Source: Stylophora pistillata
Lineage: Eukaryota
Assembly (NCBI RefSeq): GCF_002571385.2
Contig: NW_019218356.1
Span: 47,441 to 111,440, forward strand
Direction: 5' to 3'
DNA: 64,000 bases
Made by a program: the position numbers and the translations under genes. Below the pieces are notes generated by a model. It saw only the letters and a program-made list of their open reading frames with translations, had not been told where the DNA came from and made no database searches. This document shows positions 1-11,603 of this stretch, piece by piece; position 1 is the stretch's first letter; each line of letters opens with the position of its first letter.

Positions 1-231
1 AAAAAAAAGAGGAAACCATACAAACAAACAAAAAACAAAGAACAAAAATAATAACTTCAAATACAACCTCCCCCCCCCAATAGATAAATAAATAAATGAA
101 TAAATAAGTAAATATACAAACAAAAAAATAGAATAGGATTAGGAAAGATAAAATAAGATAACATATGATAACACAACGCGTGAATTTGATTCACGTTTGT
201 TCACTTATGATCCATGCATGTCTTTAAACAG

Positions 232-415
232 ACAACAATAGACCTTCAAGTCGTGAAAAAAGATGTCGGAGGCATAAGAGGCAGTCATAGCTACCAACTA
301 GCAGGGATTGAGAGCGTGGAATTATTCTCTACACCAGAGGGAGGTCAGTGAAAGAAATGTTTTTATCTATGAGACATCAAAACCAGGTTTATTAGCACCC
401 GTGGGCTAAATAAAG

Positions 416-447
<32 letters not shown>

Positions 448-3400
448 AGTTTTTTATTAGAAGATCAAACTCTTTTTTACTTTTAAACGGATAATTTTTG
501 CCCATGTACTTACCCTTGCCCTTTACAACAAAATTTCTTCCCTTAATGGTTCAAAAGCTCCAAGAAGACAATGTAAAGAATGTAATCTTTATTCTTCAAT
601 CTTTTGACGTAAGCAAGTAGCGACAATATTATGGATACAAATGTTTTTTTTATGTTTTGAAACACCACGAGATGATCATACTTCTTGGTTATGTGCTTGA
701 TTATATTTAACGGCCCATATTTTTTCCCTTTTTTATCATTATTTTTTTTTAACAAAATGTAATACAAGAGGGGGTCTCTTGTCTTACGGTAACAAACTAG
801 CTCCTTAAAAATATTTGATTTCACTTTTAGTGTACTTCTAACTCAACTACGACTTCGGTGATTTAAGCTGGTTCTTCACCTAAACAACACACTTCTCTAT
901 ACTAAACGAAGTTATTTATGTTTCCATGCTGATCACAATACGTAATGAATAATTGGAGACTCTAAACTTTTTTTTTTTGCGTTATAAGCATGTCATTATT
1001 GCAATTAAAGACTGTCTATTATACAGTCATTTCATAGGGTAGTTTATGATGAAGCCTTGGACTTTACAAAGCCTTAACAGGCTCTTTAAAACTATAAACA
1101 AGTTATCAAATCGCTGTATAGATATTATCTTTTTTGCGACCGCTGAGAAACTTTGAAATGAAGAGTTGCTGAAACTAAGTTTTGGTTGTTGAGCATGTTA
1201 TCGCATTTGACAAATAACATTCCTTTATTTTGCAGGTACGTCAAACAAAACAACACCGAAGCTTGGAATTCAGTTAATGGGTGGGCCTAACGTTACCAGG
1301 AATGGCGAACCAGGGATATTTGTAGAGAATGTTAAGCTGGGCAGTGTAGCTGAAGGAAAACTCTTCCCTGGAGACAAGATAATAGCGGTAGTGCAAAAAC
1401 TCTTTTCAATCAGCTTAATGAATAAAGAAAGAAAGAAAAAATAAGAAATACTGTTTATAGTGTTTGTTATTATTTCATAGAACATTAGAAACAAATTTAC
1501 ACAACCCGCATATAGCATTAGCTAGTCTTGGCGGGTATTAGTAATAAATAAGTAAATACAATGCACGAAGAAAACGTTGAAAAAGTTGAAGCTGGGGTGG
1601 AGCGGCAAACTATGCGTCCATCTTGGTCACTCACCGCTGACCACTCCAGCGGTGAATGAAATTCAAAAAAAAAAAAGAAAATATGAAAAATTTGGGGTAT
1701 TTCTTGTCCATTTAGATCAACGATGTTTTCCTGGGAAAAGTATCCCTAAAGTACGCAATGGAAGCGATGCATTCTATGAAGCGAGCAGAGGGCCGTCTAA
1801 CAATGTCAGTCAAGAGAGCCCAGCTTAGGGAGGCAAGTTTTTAAAAAAAATTCGTACCTAGGATTGATTGATGTGTAACTTCCCCCTCAACCATCAGAAA
1901 AAAGAAAGAAAACAAATCAGAAAGCAAACCAAATCCTACCAGTAGACGTTTGGTGAGAATAGAGGAGTGATAGCAATATATGTTAAGGGCGTTATCTTGA
2001 TTTAACACCAACTCATGATTATTGCTATTTAATTTTCAAAGACTTAGGTCTTTGATGTCAGATCTTAAGAGCTGTCAAGAAGGGCTAAATGTATGATCGT
2101 ATTTCTTTTCGCCTCCCTGTGAGGAAGAAAGGCGCATGGCCCATGTATACAGTTGTCGTAAGTGCTAACTTCACGTAAAGGAACATTGATTTAAGAAGGA
2201 AGGATCTAAAATATCTTTAATCATAAAAGCGCTCGGACAGTATGTGGCCCACGTTAATTGCATTTTCAGTCAGGCAATCCATCGACGATCTCTTTTAGCA
2301 AAGGGTCAACGAAGCATTCTCAATGTATTGCGAAGATGAAGATACAGAAAAGCCAGTTGTCTTCAATAAGGAACAGTTGGAAGGTATGATATTGCGTCTG
2401 AGAGTAGTGCAATTAAATTATAATAATAATAACTTTAGTAACGTGTCAAGATAATAGCAGTTGCCCTCTAAGTAAGTAAGCAAGTTTCCCCAACTAGAGG
2501 ATGCAGTTCACCCTCTTTGTTTCTGAGTATCGTCATTCATTTTAATACGTAGGCAGCCCACATAACAAAATGTTTGAGTATAGAAAATTTTTGTTAGTAC
2601 AAAAAACAACAACAACAACTAGGCTGTTTCACAAGGAACTCCAGCCTTGAGAATCCGTACCCTGATACTTTAAAAATTACAATGACTTTTAAGCGAATTT
2701 GATAATAATAACNNNNNNATGATGATGATGATGATGATGATGATAATAATAATAATAATGATGATGATGATAATAATAAGATTGCGATGTTCATGTCCTG
2801 TACCTTTCTTTTTCAATCATAATCTTGCAAAAAGAGACACTTGCTACAGTTTATATACTGTAAACTTATATTTCCATGTACTAGTTTTTGCTTTTTTTTG
2901 TTTTGCACAGTCTTCGAAGAAGCGTTCTCTATGTTTGAGACGAATGGTTTTGGTGTGATTCATTATAAACACGTTTTCCCGCTACTCCGAGATTTGGCCT
3001 ACAACGTTCACAAAGAAGAGGCTTGGTACTACATGAATAAATTGGAATTATCAGGTTTGTAACGTGATCGCTGTAAGAAAATACAAAAGTTATACTGTCT
3101 ATTGATAACGTTTCTACAACCCTGGGATTTACTAGTCTATTTCTATATCTCAAGGAAATGAACTAACTGTAATGCACGTTCATTTAAATGATAAAACAAT
3201 GCTGATATTAAAACAATTGACGTCACACATGTAAGATATCATTCGTTCTTCAAATTTTAGTACGTTTCCATCAAAATTAGATGATGTGAGGAGTTAATTT
3301 CACATCACTACCTTATCCAGGAGCTTCATTTTTGATGCCGTTTCAGAGAAGCGAATGATAACCCTGAGTGAGGTGATAAAGTTACTGGAGGAAGTCGCTG

Positions 3401-4089
3401 CAGAGCGGAAGGAATTGAATGAAGTGCCTTCTGTTTACAACGTGTTCGACCCGGATCAGAAGGGCCGCGTGGCTCTCTATGAAATACACGATGCTCTGAG
3501 CTTAATGTACGGGCAAAAAATAACCGAGGATGAGGTTTCAAGAATACTGAGTATTGCAGACGAAGAGAATACCGGTTTTTGTAGAGAACAAGGTACGTTG
3601 AAAAAAAATTAGTAAGTTTCTTTTGGAAAAATGTTAAAGTTGACAATATTGGAGAAATAGAAAAGAAATTGGGAAATTTAATGGCTGGTGTTATGAATTT
3701 TTTTTTTTGATTGTTCGAGTAGAATCAGCAACTTTCAAATCCCTGGTACGTACAATCAATTTGCCCTCAAGGTCTTAGTCACCACGTCACAAATCCACCA
3801 AAGATTTTCTTGTTACGCTGTATCCAAGAGCTATATAGCTACTAATCGCAGGGTCCTATCTCTTTTCACTTAGTTAGTTTTGTGCTTGACGTAAACATAT
3901 CTTTTCTCGCCTTTTTTGTACGTTCAAGTTTTCACTACGAAAAGATGTTTCTAAATATCTTTTTCACGCTGTTATGAACAAACTATCACTGGACTTCATC
4001 TCAGCTAAATTTTCCGATAAGCATATTCATTTCTCTTTCCACATACAGATTTTGAGAGGCTTCTTCTACCCTCACTAAAACTTTATTAG
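232..4089 (+). CDS. 3' part of a multi-exon gene encoding PDZ domain(s) followed by a calmodulin-like four-EF-hand module (5' end lies upstream of the window)
   Basis: Phase-compatible exons 232-343, 1236-1387, 1716-1832, 2299-2383, 2911-3054, 3347-3592, 4049-4089 (TAG). PDZ signature: KLGIQLMGG...PGIFVENVKLGSVAEGKLFPGDKIIA|INDV...LTMSVKR. EF-hand part: FEEAFSMFETNGFGVI..., VFDPDQKGRVALYE, IADEENTGFCREQDF. Confidence 0.8.
419..446. repeat. (GATT)n microsatellite
   Basis: ttgattgattgattgattgattgattga in the intron after exon 232-343. Confidence 0.9.
2719..2778. repeat. Compound (ATG)n/(ATA)n microsatellite next to a short N gap
   Basis: atgatgatg...ataataata directly visible; it produces the spurious poly-Met/Ile ORF at 2719. 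Confidence 0.95.
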
Positions 4090-5389
4090 AATCGTAGAGG
4101 ATTTCTAAAAGAAGAAGAAGAAGAAGAAGTTGGTCGAACCATTCTTCCGCAGACGCAAACTTAAGACTGACATGACACTGGGGATTAATTCCCCGCGTAG
4201 GATTGTTCTTACCGCGAAGAAAGAATACACTGCAGATGTTGTTAACTAGGCTACGATGGACCAGTGAGGAAATATTGTACTGTAACAGCTTCCTTCCGTT
4301 GAAAAAAAAACAGCTTTCATGAGGTCTACATCCTTAACTTTATTAAAAGTCGACAAGCACAAAACAAAAAAAAAGAATGCATCAATTTCCCTGAGCCATA
4401 CCGATTTATCTTAGTTTGCATCTTAACATTTTTACTATTTTGAAAGATAACCTTTCAATGAAAAAAAGTGAATGATATTTGGACTCATCATTCGCCTAAG
4501 TAATACTGAATTTCAGTAATTAAACTGAGAAAAAATTACATCATAAAAAATTAACACTTGGCTCATAATATCAATTGCATTCTTTTATAATATTTTAATT
4601 TCCTCTTGTAGCCTCGTTCCTGAAATCTCCTCTTCTGCTTTTTTAGAGCACTACCGTTTACGCTGCTTTTTAGTCTAAATTGGACTTAATAAAATTCACG
4701 AGTAGATATTTGTTATCTAATCTTACTGATTTTGCCGAATATATGCATTTACTATAGAGTTACCAGCAATGCTTATTAGAATGTATAACGAGTACATAAT
4801 TTTCATAAGACAAATAACGTATGAGGCCTCAGACCACAGAGATATAATCTATATTAGTCCAATTTGAGGCAGAAATTATATTATATGAAGTTTTGTTAGC
4901 ACGGACATGCAAATACTGTTCCAGGGGATGCTGTCTCATTAATTTAAATTGTTTCAAATTTCGCTAGTACATTGTTGGAATAAAAGATAACAATTTTTGT
5001 AATTTAACTCTTAATGAAGTTCAGATCGAAGAAATTGTACGCGAATTATTCGATTTATAACTAGTCTAGAATATCTGGGTTTTGAATGGTCATTTTTGCG
5101 AGTTTTCTTCGGAACAGATGTCAATAATTTTTCTTCTGTTCATATTTATTCCCACACTTAGATTCTTTGATTCGATCCACATAGGGTGGAATTTGAAGAG
5201 AAATTACTCGCAATCTAACAAAAAATTATCTCTTTAATTCACCATTGTTTTTAATCCTAATACCTTTATTTATTACCTTTGGCGATAAGAATTACGGTAA
5301 TATTAAAGTAAAAAATTTCAAAATTCAAGAATATAAATTAAAAAGATTCAAAACACAACAGATATATACTCTATTAAGTTATGTCCAAT

Positions 5390-6900
5390 TAAGTTAAGTT
5401 TAGCACCTCTAGCAATAAACGATTGTGTGTGCCTAAGAGTGCGTGATGCAGGTATTCTGATGTGCGCTGGGTTCGTCTTACAAGATTTTAGGTTATGGCC
5501 ATGATCCACAGCCTTGTCTAAAAAAGGTTTACATGGATGCCCTTCAGATTCTAGGATACATATCAATTCTTTCCTCGTCAATTTCTGAGGCCTAGTTACA
5601 AGTGACTCTACAGTATCTCATGACATTTAGACATCTATTCTGCACTCTCTGTAGATGTTCTTCGAGGTAGATGGGCAGCCCACCCCAGACAGGCGAGGAA
5701 AATTATAACAAAGGTCTGATCTTAATGATACATTTTGCAGTTGATAGGCCCGATATTAATAGGGGGTGGAATTGGACAGGACTTCTTGAAGTTGATCCAC
5801 ATATCTTTGGTCTTCTTAGCAGTTAGCTCCATTTTATTCTGCACAACCAAACTCTCCAAGTAAGTCACAGCATTCTGCATTTGACTGTCAGAGTCCTTAG
5901 AGACAAGTTCATATAGGGTGCAGCCATCAGCGTACTTGCAAGTGGATACAGGTATTCCCCTGGGGATGCGGTCTTCAATATCGTTGACATGTACGTTAAA
6001 AAGTGTAGGAGAAGGGAAACCGCCCTGGGGCACACCAGTAATGACCTCACCATGTCTGGAAAGGACTCCCGGGAGCTTAACCTATTTTTTTCATCCTGAT
6101 AGGTGGTTTTGTGTCCATTTCCATAAGCTCTTGGTGACACCCATACTGCCGAATTTAGTCAACAGAACACCGTGATCTACTAGATCGAAGACTTTTCGGA
6201 AGTCTGCAAAGACCACATGCACGCCATTTTATGGAGTTCCGGAATCTGTAGCGTTGTACCAGTCTTCTGTGATGCTGGCAAGCGCAGTTAAGGTGGTTAA
6301 AGTCTCCGGTAATTATGATACCCGCCGATGGTCTCTCTATCAGCAAGTTGTCCAAACGCTCAGTGATGTAGTCGATCAATTCTCTCTCCTCAGTACACGT
6401 ATTCCCTGGCGGAAAGTATAAAACAGCCATAACTATACAACTGAAAGGTCTTGGAATCCGAGGTGGCGTGTAAAGTAACCCCAACACCTCTCTTTCGCTG
6501 ACTTTGAGATTCTCTGGGCGTATACTTGGAATAGAGCTGTGAACATAAGCCAGGACACGGCCGCCTGGTGTAGATCTGTCTTTATAAAACACATTGAAAG
6601 ACTGGCCAATGCTGATAGCAGTTGATGGTACACCGTCTGCCAAACAGACTCAGTTACAATGGTCACGGTTGCATTACTCGTTTCGACGACTCAGTGCAGC
6701 TCGTCAACTTTATTTGTGATATGGCAGGCACTAGTTATTAAGTACCTTGGAGGTTATGCTGGTCCTTGGAGGGATGTTTATACAGTTCGTCGCTAAATGC
6801 CCGGCTCCGTATTTTGCTAATTGTGCACGCCGATGAGTAATTATGACCGTGTGAATACGCTGCGGAGATAACAAGGAAACTCGTTGTTTTACTTTAATCC
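5390..6900 (-). mobile_element. Degenerate, internally deleted non-LTR retrotransposon (LINE, L2/CR1-like) with AP-endonuclease and reverse-transcriptase remnants
   Basis: Minus-strand frames give the endonuclease motifs VTES, DR...GGRVLAYV and IIITGDFN, then RT motifs DFRKVFDLVDH, GVPQG and KYADG (YADD-like). Multiple frameshifts and stops; boundaries approximate. Confidence 0.85.
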
Positions 6901-7994
6901 CGGCTCGGAATCCTCTCGGAGCCCTAAGGATATCGATGGACTCCAAAGTATTGTATTAAGTTGGTTCAATACGAGGGTACCCACTGGGTCTTAGCGACGC
7001 GAGGAAACCAGCCGAGTAGGTACGCTTCGTCAGGACAGCCATCTTGGAAGTTAAGTCACAAGATCTGCATTCAAGCTGTCACAAGCGTCGTGGCGAGGAA
7101 AAGAGAGAGAAATCGTGATGAAGACTTCATTGAAAGATTTAGCGATTTAGAACTGCGACTGGGGAGAAACACAGCGCTTGTGAGTAGCAAAAATAAAGAT
7201 AATTCAGCACCTTGAAAATAAACGTGCAGCCAAATCCGGCGCGGTTACAAAAATGGATGTATTTTTGTGTTTCTCGATGTATTACCTGAAATCGATTTTG
7301 TTTGCTTAAAGAAAGGTATGATCCATCTTCTGATATTTGTCAAAGTTTAACGGAAAACACTGCCCAAAGCAAGCAAATGAGACTGAATGCGTTTGTGTTT
7401 TACCAATTTGATTCTACTTTGAAGTTTACCGCCTTGTCACTTAACATGAATATTTCTCCGGCTGAAGTACTTGTTTATTGTATACGTCCCCCACGTCAGA
7501 GGTTCTTAGCCAATCAAATTTTACACAGCACCATCTGCTAGTCAAACTTAAAAATGGACTCTAGTAACGACGTTATTTCAAAAGACATACTCTATCCCTC
7601 TAAGGACCAAGTAAAGTAAATAGAAACTCATATAATATGACTAGCGCGTTTGAAATAAATCTACTTCACCCATTAAATTTTCGCGTAAGAAAAGTTAAAA
7701 AGCAATTTTCAGATTCGAACTAATTTTTTGCCAGTCTTGCGTGTGTTAGAAACTCGCGGAAATAATGAGAGGATGTTTAATTTTGGTGATACTTCATTTG
7801 GAAGTGACGATAGTTTTATTCATACGGAAAAACAATTTTAATGAACTTAACGAGATACACCTGGACAAATGCTCATTTGGTTCGCTGGACGACGGCCATT
7901 GTTTAACCTTAGATGTGGCTTCGAGGACCGTAACATTCCCGTCAACAGATTAATGGAAAATAGCTCGACAGATCGCAAGTTAGTTCTACAATAG

Positions 7995-9691
7995 AATTTT
8001 GTAGCCTTTGGTAAATCCAGCAAGGTCCTGCCTCGAGTGCCTTTCTCAAGCGTGCAACAGTGGAAAAAAACACCCCTAACCGTTGTCGGCATTAAAGATT
8101 TTGAGAAAATCATTTCAAAGGTAAACTGATGTATCATACTCATTAAAATAAATTGCACGTAGCCAGGATATTATGCTCGGACGTTTTCCCAACTGAGAAA
8201 TGTCGAGATCAGTACATGAATAATTGTCCATGATATTCCACCGGAAAAACATAATGCATTTTAAACTGCTCTTCTTCGAAATAATACTTGGATGCAGTAG
8301 AAAATTTCTATTTTTTACCGTTTTCTTCTCTATACAGGTACAAAAAGCTTAACCCAGTCCAGTACATTAATAGATAAGCGTATTTTATGGAAAAAAAAGA
8401 CAAAATAGAATGCAGTTTACTGGCTTAACATCCACCTTGAAATAGCATTTCTATTTCTTGTTTGTTTCTCTTATCTTTTATTTTTTATAAAATTAAAATC
8501 AATATCGCTTTATTTCAAAACGAAATAATCATTTTTTTTTATTTGTACGAGACATAACTTTAGGCATATTTGAATAGAGTCTGATAGTTTCTAAAGAAAC
8601 TGTTTGGGCTGCGTCGGTAGGGGTAAGGAAATGATAATTTCATATTTAACTGGCTGCAGTCAGAAGCCGCCCAACTGCAAATTTAAAATTGTATAAATTT
8701 CTTTTGGCAGGACACCGTTTTAATGAGTTTCTTGTCAGTCAGAACAGTTTATCTGGATTCTAAATGGTGTTTAAAAGACAAAACAACTCAACCGCAAGAA
8801 ATTGCAGATGGAGCGGTCAATTTTAGCCCGAAAGATGCCCAGACTAAAGCAAATGACGGCAAGGAAAACAAGCAAGAAAAGAAATTTTATACATGTAAAC
8901 CAGTGACAGGTAGCAATGACTGGCGATATCCGAGAAAGGAAAAAAGTAAGGGAAATTCTGTAATTATCTCGCCAGTATTAACGAACTCTTCTACCTTGAT
9001 TAAGATGAGAAAGGGAGATGGAAAGACCGGGACAATCAAGACAGAATTATCAACCATACAGCGTTCAAGTTCGACGCTGGGTTGTTCTTACGAGAGGGCG
9101 AAAATAACTAAACAAAGGTTTCGACTTCCTTGCATTCCCGATGTACAAGCATTGTCAATCAATGCCAAGCACCCAATTAAAGCGCTTTTCGTAGAAGGGA
9201 AAAAGCTTGGATCGAGAAGCAGAATGGGTTCTTCGGCAGGGTCAAATGATAAAAATCAAGATTTCCCGAAAACTTACTCAAAAAGAATCATGAACAACAA
9301 TACTGATAGTCTTGCAAGGAAACCTATTCCCGATATTGTTATCGAAGGCAAGAAAGATCGTCACCATGCAGACTGGTACGATGATGCACCGCCAGCAATA
9401 AAGAAAGCTGATTTTCTCGTCAAGTCAACCTATACCTCCTCGAGCAAGATATTTAACACTTCCTTACAATCGAGGTTTGGTAAAAGCGTTTACAAAGGTA
9501 GACTCAGAAAAACTGGCGTCGGCGGTGACAAAACCTTTCAAGTTTATTGGGCGCCAGTATTAATAAAGAGAAAAGTTTTAAATTATCGTACTACTCCCGC
9601 GAATTGTTATCAAGAAAACCGCGGTGACGCAATTTCTGTGGAGGAGGTCAGACGTCGGAACCAAGGAGAGAAAAATTGTAATCGAGAGTAG
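7995..9691 (+). CDS. Uncharacterised Lys/Ser-rich, probably largely disordered protein (large terminal exon, plus a probable upstream exon)
   Basis: 322-aa ORF 8723-9691 preceded in frame by acceptor ttggcag|GAC at 8711. A phase-0 compatible upstream exon is 7995-8120 (AAG|gtaaac). No recognisable domain; start codon uncertain. Confidence 0.55.
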
Positions 9692-10489
9692 TATGTACAA
9701 TACAGTTGGCGGGAGTCTGCAGAGCGAACAAACGAAAGGACCAGTGCTAGCGTAATTCAGGAGAGCCGAGCAATGAGTGTAGTTCAAAAGCGAATCTTGA
9801 CACATTGTGTAATGAATTGTACTCGTAAAATCCAATCCAAAATTCAGCGCATTTTCAGAAACTATTCACTCAGACCTTTAGTGGTCAATTGGGCAAATAC
9901 ACTAATAGGCAAAAAAGTATTAATCAATCAATTTACCGTCATATTTGCATAACCACTTTAATTATCTATGATTTATCTGGTCTAACTTGCTATCTTATGA
10001 TCTACTAATGTAGTATTATTTTCCGGCGAGAATCTTAGGAAATTCCAAGTAGTTTAAAGGAACTAATTTTGAATTGACACAAAAGAGAAACTTTTGGCTC
10101 TCTGAATTGCTCTTGTCTCGTTAGAGTATGTTCAAGGACTTCTTAGGGCTTTTTTCTCGACTTTTGCGTTGGAGGATTTTTCTCCATCTGATGATCGATA
10201 ATATGGTTAACAAATCCAAATTACATATTAACTAAGTTTTCCTGTTTGTATCGATGGTCAACACTAAGCTTACATTTTAACAAATATACATTAATGTATC
10301 AGCGTGATGTGTAAAATGAATTACCACAAATTTAAACGATATTCTAACGACAATTAGTGTCTGAGCGTTGAAAGTTTTTTCGTTCTCCTGTCGATAAGTT
10401 TTATTCAATAGGTCGAGCGAGTGGCACAAGTTTTATGACAAACCACCAAGGGTAGTGTTCCAAGATCGGTACAATCCTGAATTGCCGTA

Positions 10490-10576
10490 GACACTCAGCT
10501 TCAAATTGCTTCGACACTCGACTTCAAATTACTTCGATACTCAACTTCAAATTGCTTCGACACTCAACTTCAAATT
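10490..10576. repeat. 23-bp minisatellite, ~3.8 copies, just downstream of the GPCR stop codon
   Basis: gacactcaacttcaaattgcttc-like units start at 10490, 10513, 10536 and 10559. Confidence 0.9.
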
Positions 10577-10589
10577 CATCCACTGTTAA

Positions 10590-11603
10590 TTAACTTCCTA
10601 AATTGTCGAATTGCAATCCCTTTTTGGGGCTATCTAAAGGCACAAAGCTTATCAACTGCAAATTAGTTATCTCTAAGGTCTTCAGTGATTTGGAGGGATG
10701 TATCGAAGTATTTACCCGATTTCTAGACCACTGCTCGCACGAGCATACAATTTTTTTCATATTTCTTCTAAATATCCGACTTTGTGCGGCATAAACAAAG
10801 GGATTTACACATGAATTTACTAATATCAAAACAAGAAGAACCTCATTTATCGTGTACATGACTTCTGCCTCTAATGCAAAGTACCATACAACATAAAGAA
10901 TCAGATTTGGAATATAGCAAACTCCGTAAATTGCTGTTATTATCAAAAGCATCTTAGTGACTTTCTGTCTTGATTTCGTAACGGCCAATGATCCATGTTG
11001 TCTCGGTACTGCCTCTCGTCTTAAATGCAGTATAACCTTTCCGTAGAAAAAAGCCATAAAACAGAACGGTGCTATTCCAATAAAGAATAACCAGGCAATA
11101 TTGTAACTTATTGCAAATGTTACATTTCCCCAATGGCTTTCGCAATGTCCACGCTGTTGGTTGAGGCCTCTGACGTAAAATAGTGGGATGTTGAAGATGA
11201 CGGAAAGAAACCAGCCGAGGCCTATTAAAATCTTTAGTTTTTTGTGGCTTAGCTTTGATGTTGTTCCAAGTGGGAAAGTAATGGCTGCGTATCGCTCGTA
11301 CGCCAAAACCAACATCGTCATCGCTAAAGACACCGCTCCAACCCAGGTAAATGTATCAGAAGTGATTATTTTACATAAGATGATCCCTTGCAAACCTCGA
11401 GGATGATGGTATAATCCCTCAAGGATATGTCTTAGGGTGAAGGATGTTACGATCATCAAATCACTTATGGCAAGATTCAGTAGCAGATAATTCACCGGTG
11501 TTCTTAAAATCCTGTTTTTCACGATGGTAAGACAAACCAAAAGATTTCCCAGCAAGGCTGTCAACACTAACAAGGAATGGATAACTTTGGTGATGATCTC
11601 CAT
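10590..11603 (-). CDS. Rhodopsin-class (class A) GPCR, neuropeptide-receptor-like, intronless CDS
   Basis: 337 aa with seven hydrophobic segments and motifs GN (TM1), NLAISD (TM2), ERY (TM3), CYIP (TM6), NSCVNPFVY (TM7). Confidence 0.92.
   Translation of the reverse strand: MEIITKVIHSLLVLTALLGNLLVCLTIVKNRILRTPVNYLLLNLAISDLMIVTSFTLRHILEGLYHHPRGLQGIILCKIITSDTFTWVGAVSLAMTMLVLAYERYAAITFPLGTTSKLSHKKLKILIGLGWFLSVIFNIPLFYVRGLNQQRGHCESHWGNVTFAISYNIAWLFFIGIAPFCFMAFFYGKVILHLRREAVPRQHGSLAVTKSRQKVTKMLLIITAIYGVCYIPNLILYVVWYFALEAEVMYTINEVLLVLILVNSCVNPFVYAAQSRIFRRNMKKIVCSCEQWSRNRVNTSIHPSKSLKTLEITNLQLISFVPLDSPKKGLQFDNLGS

Noticed and set aside
2594-2958. Poly-Ser/Leu and poly-Met/Ile ORFs
   Set aside because: Microsatellite translations inside an intron
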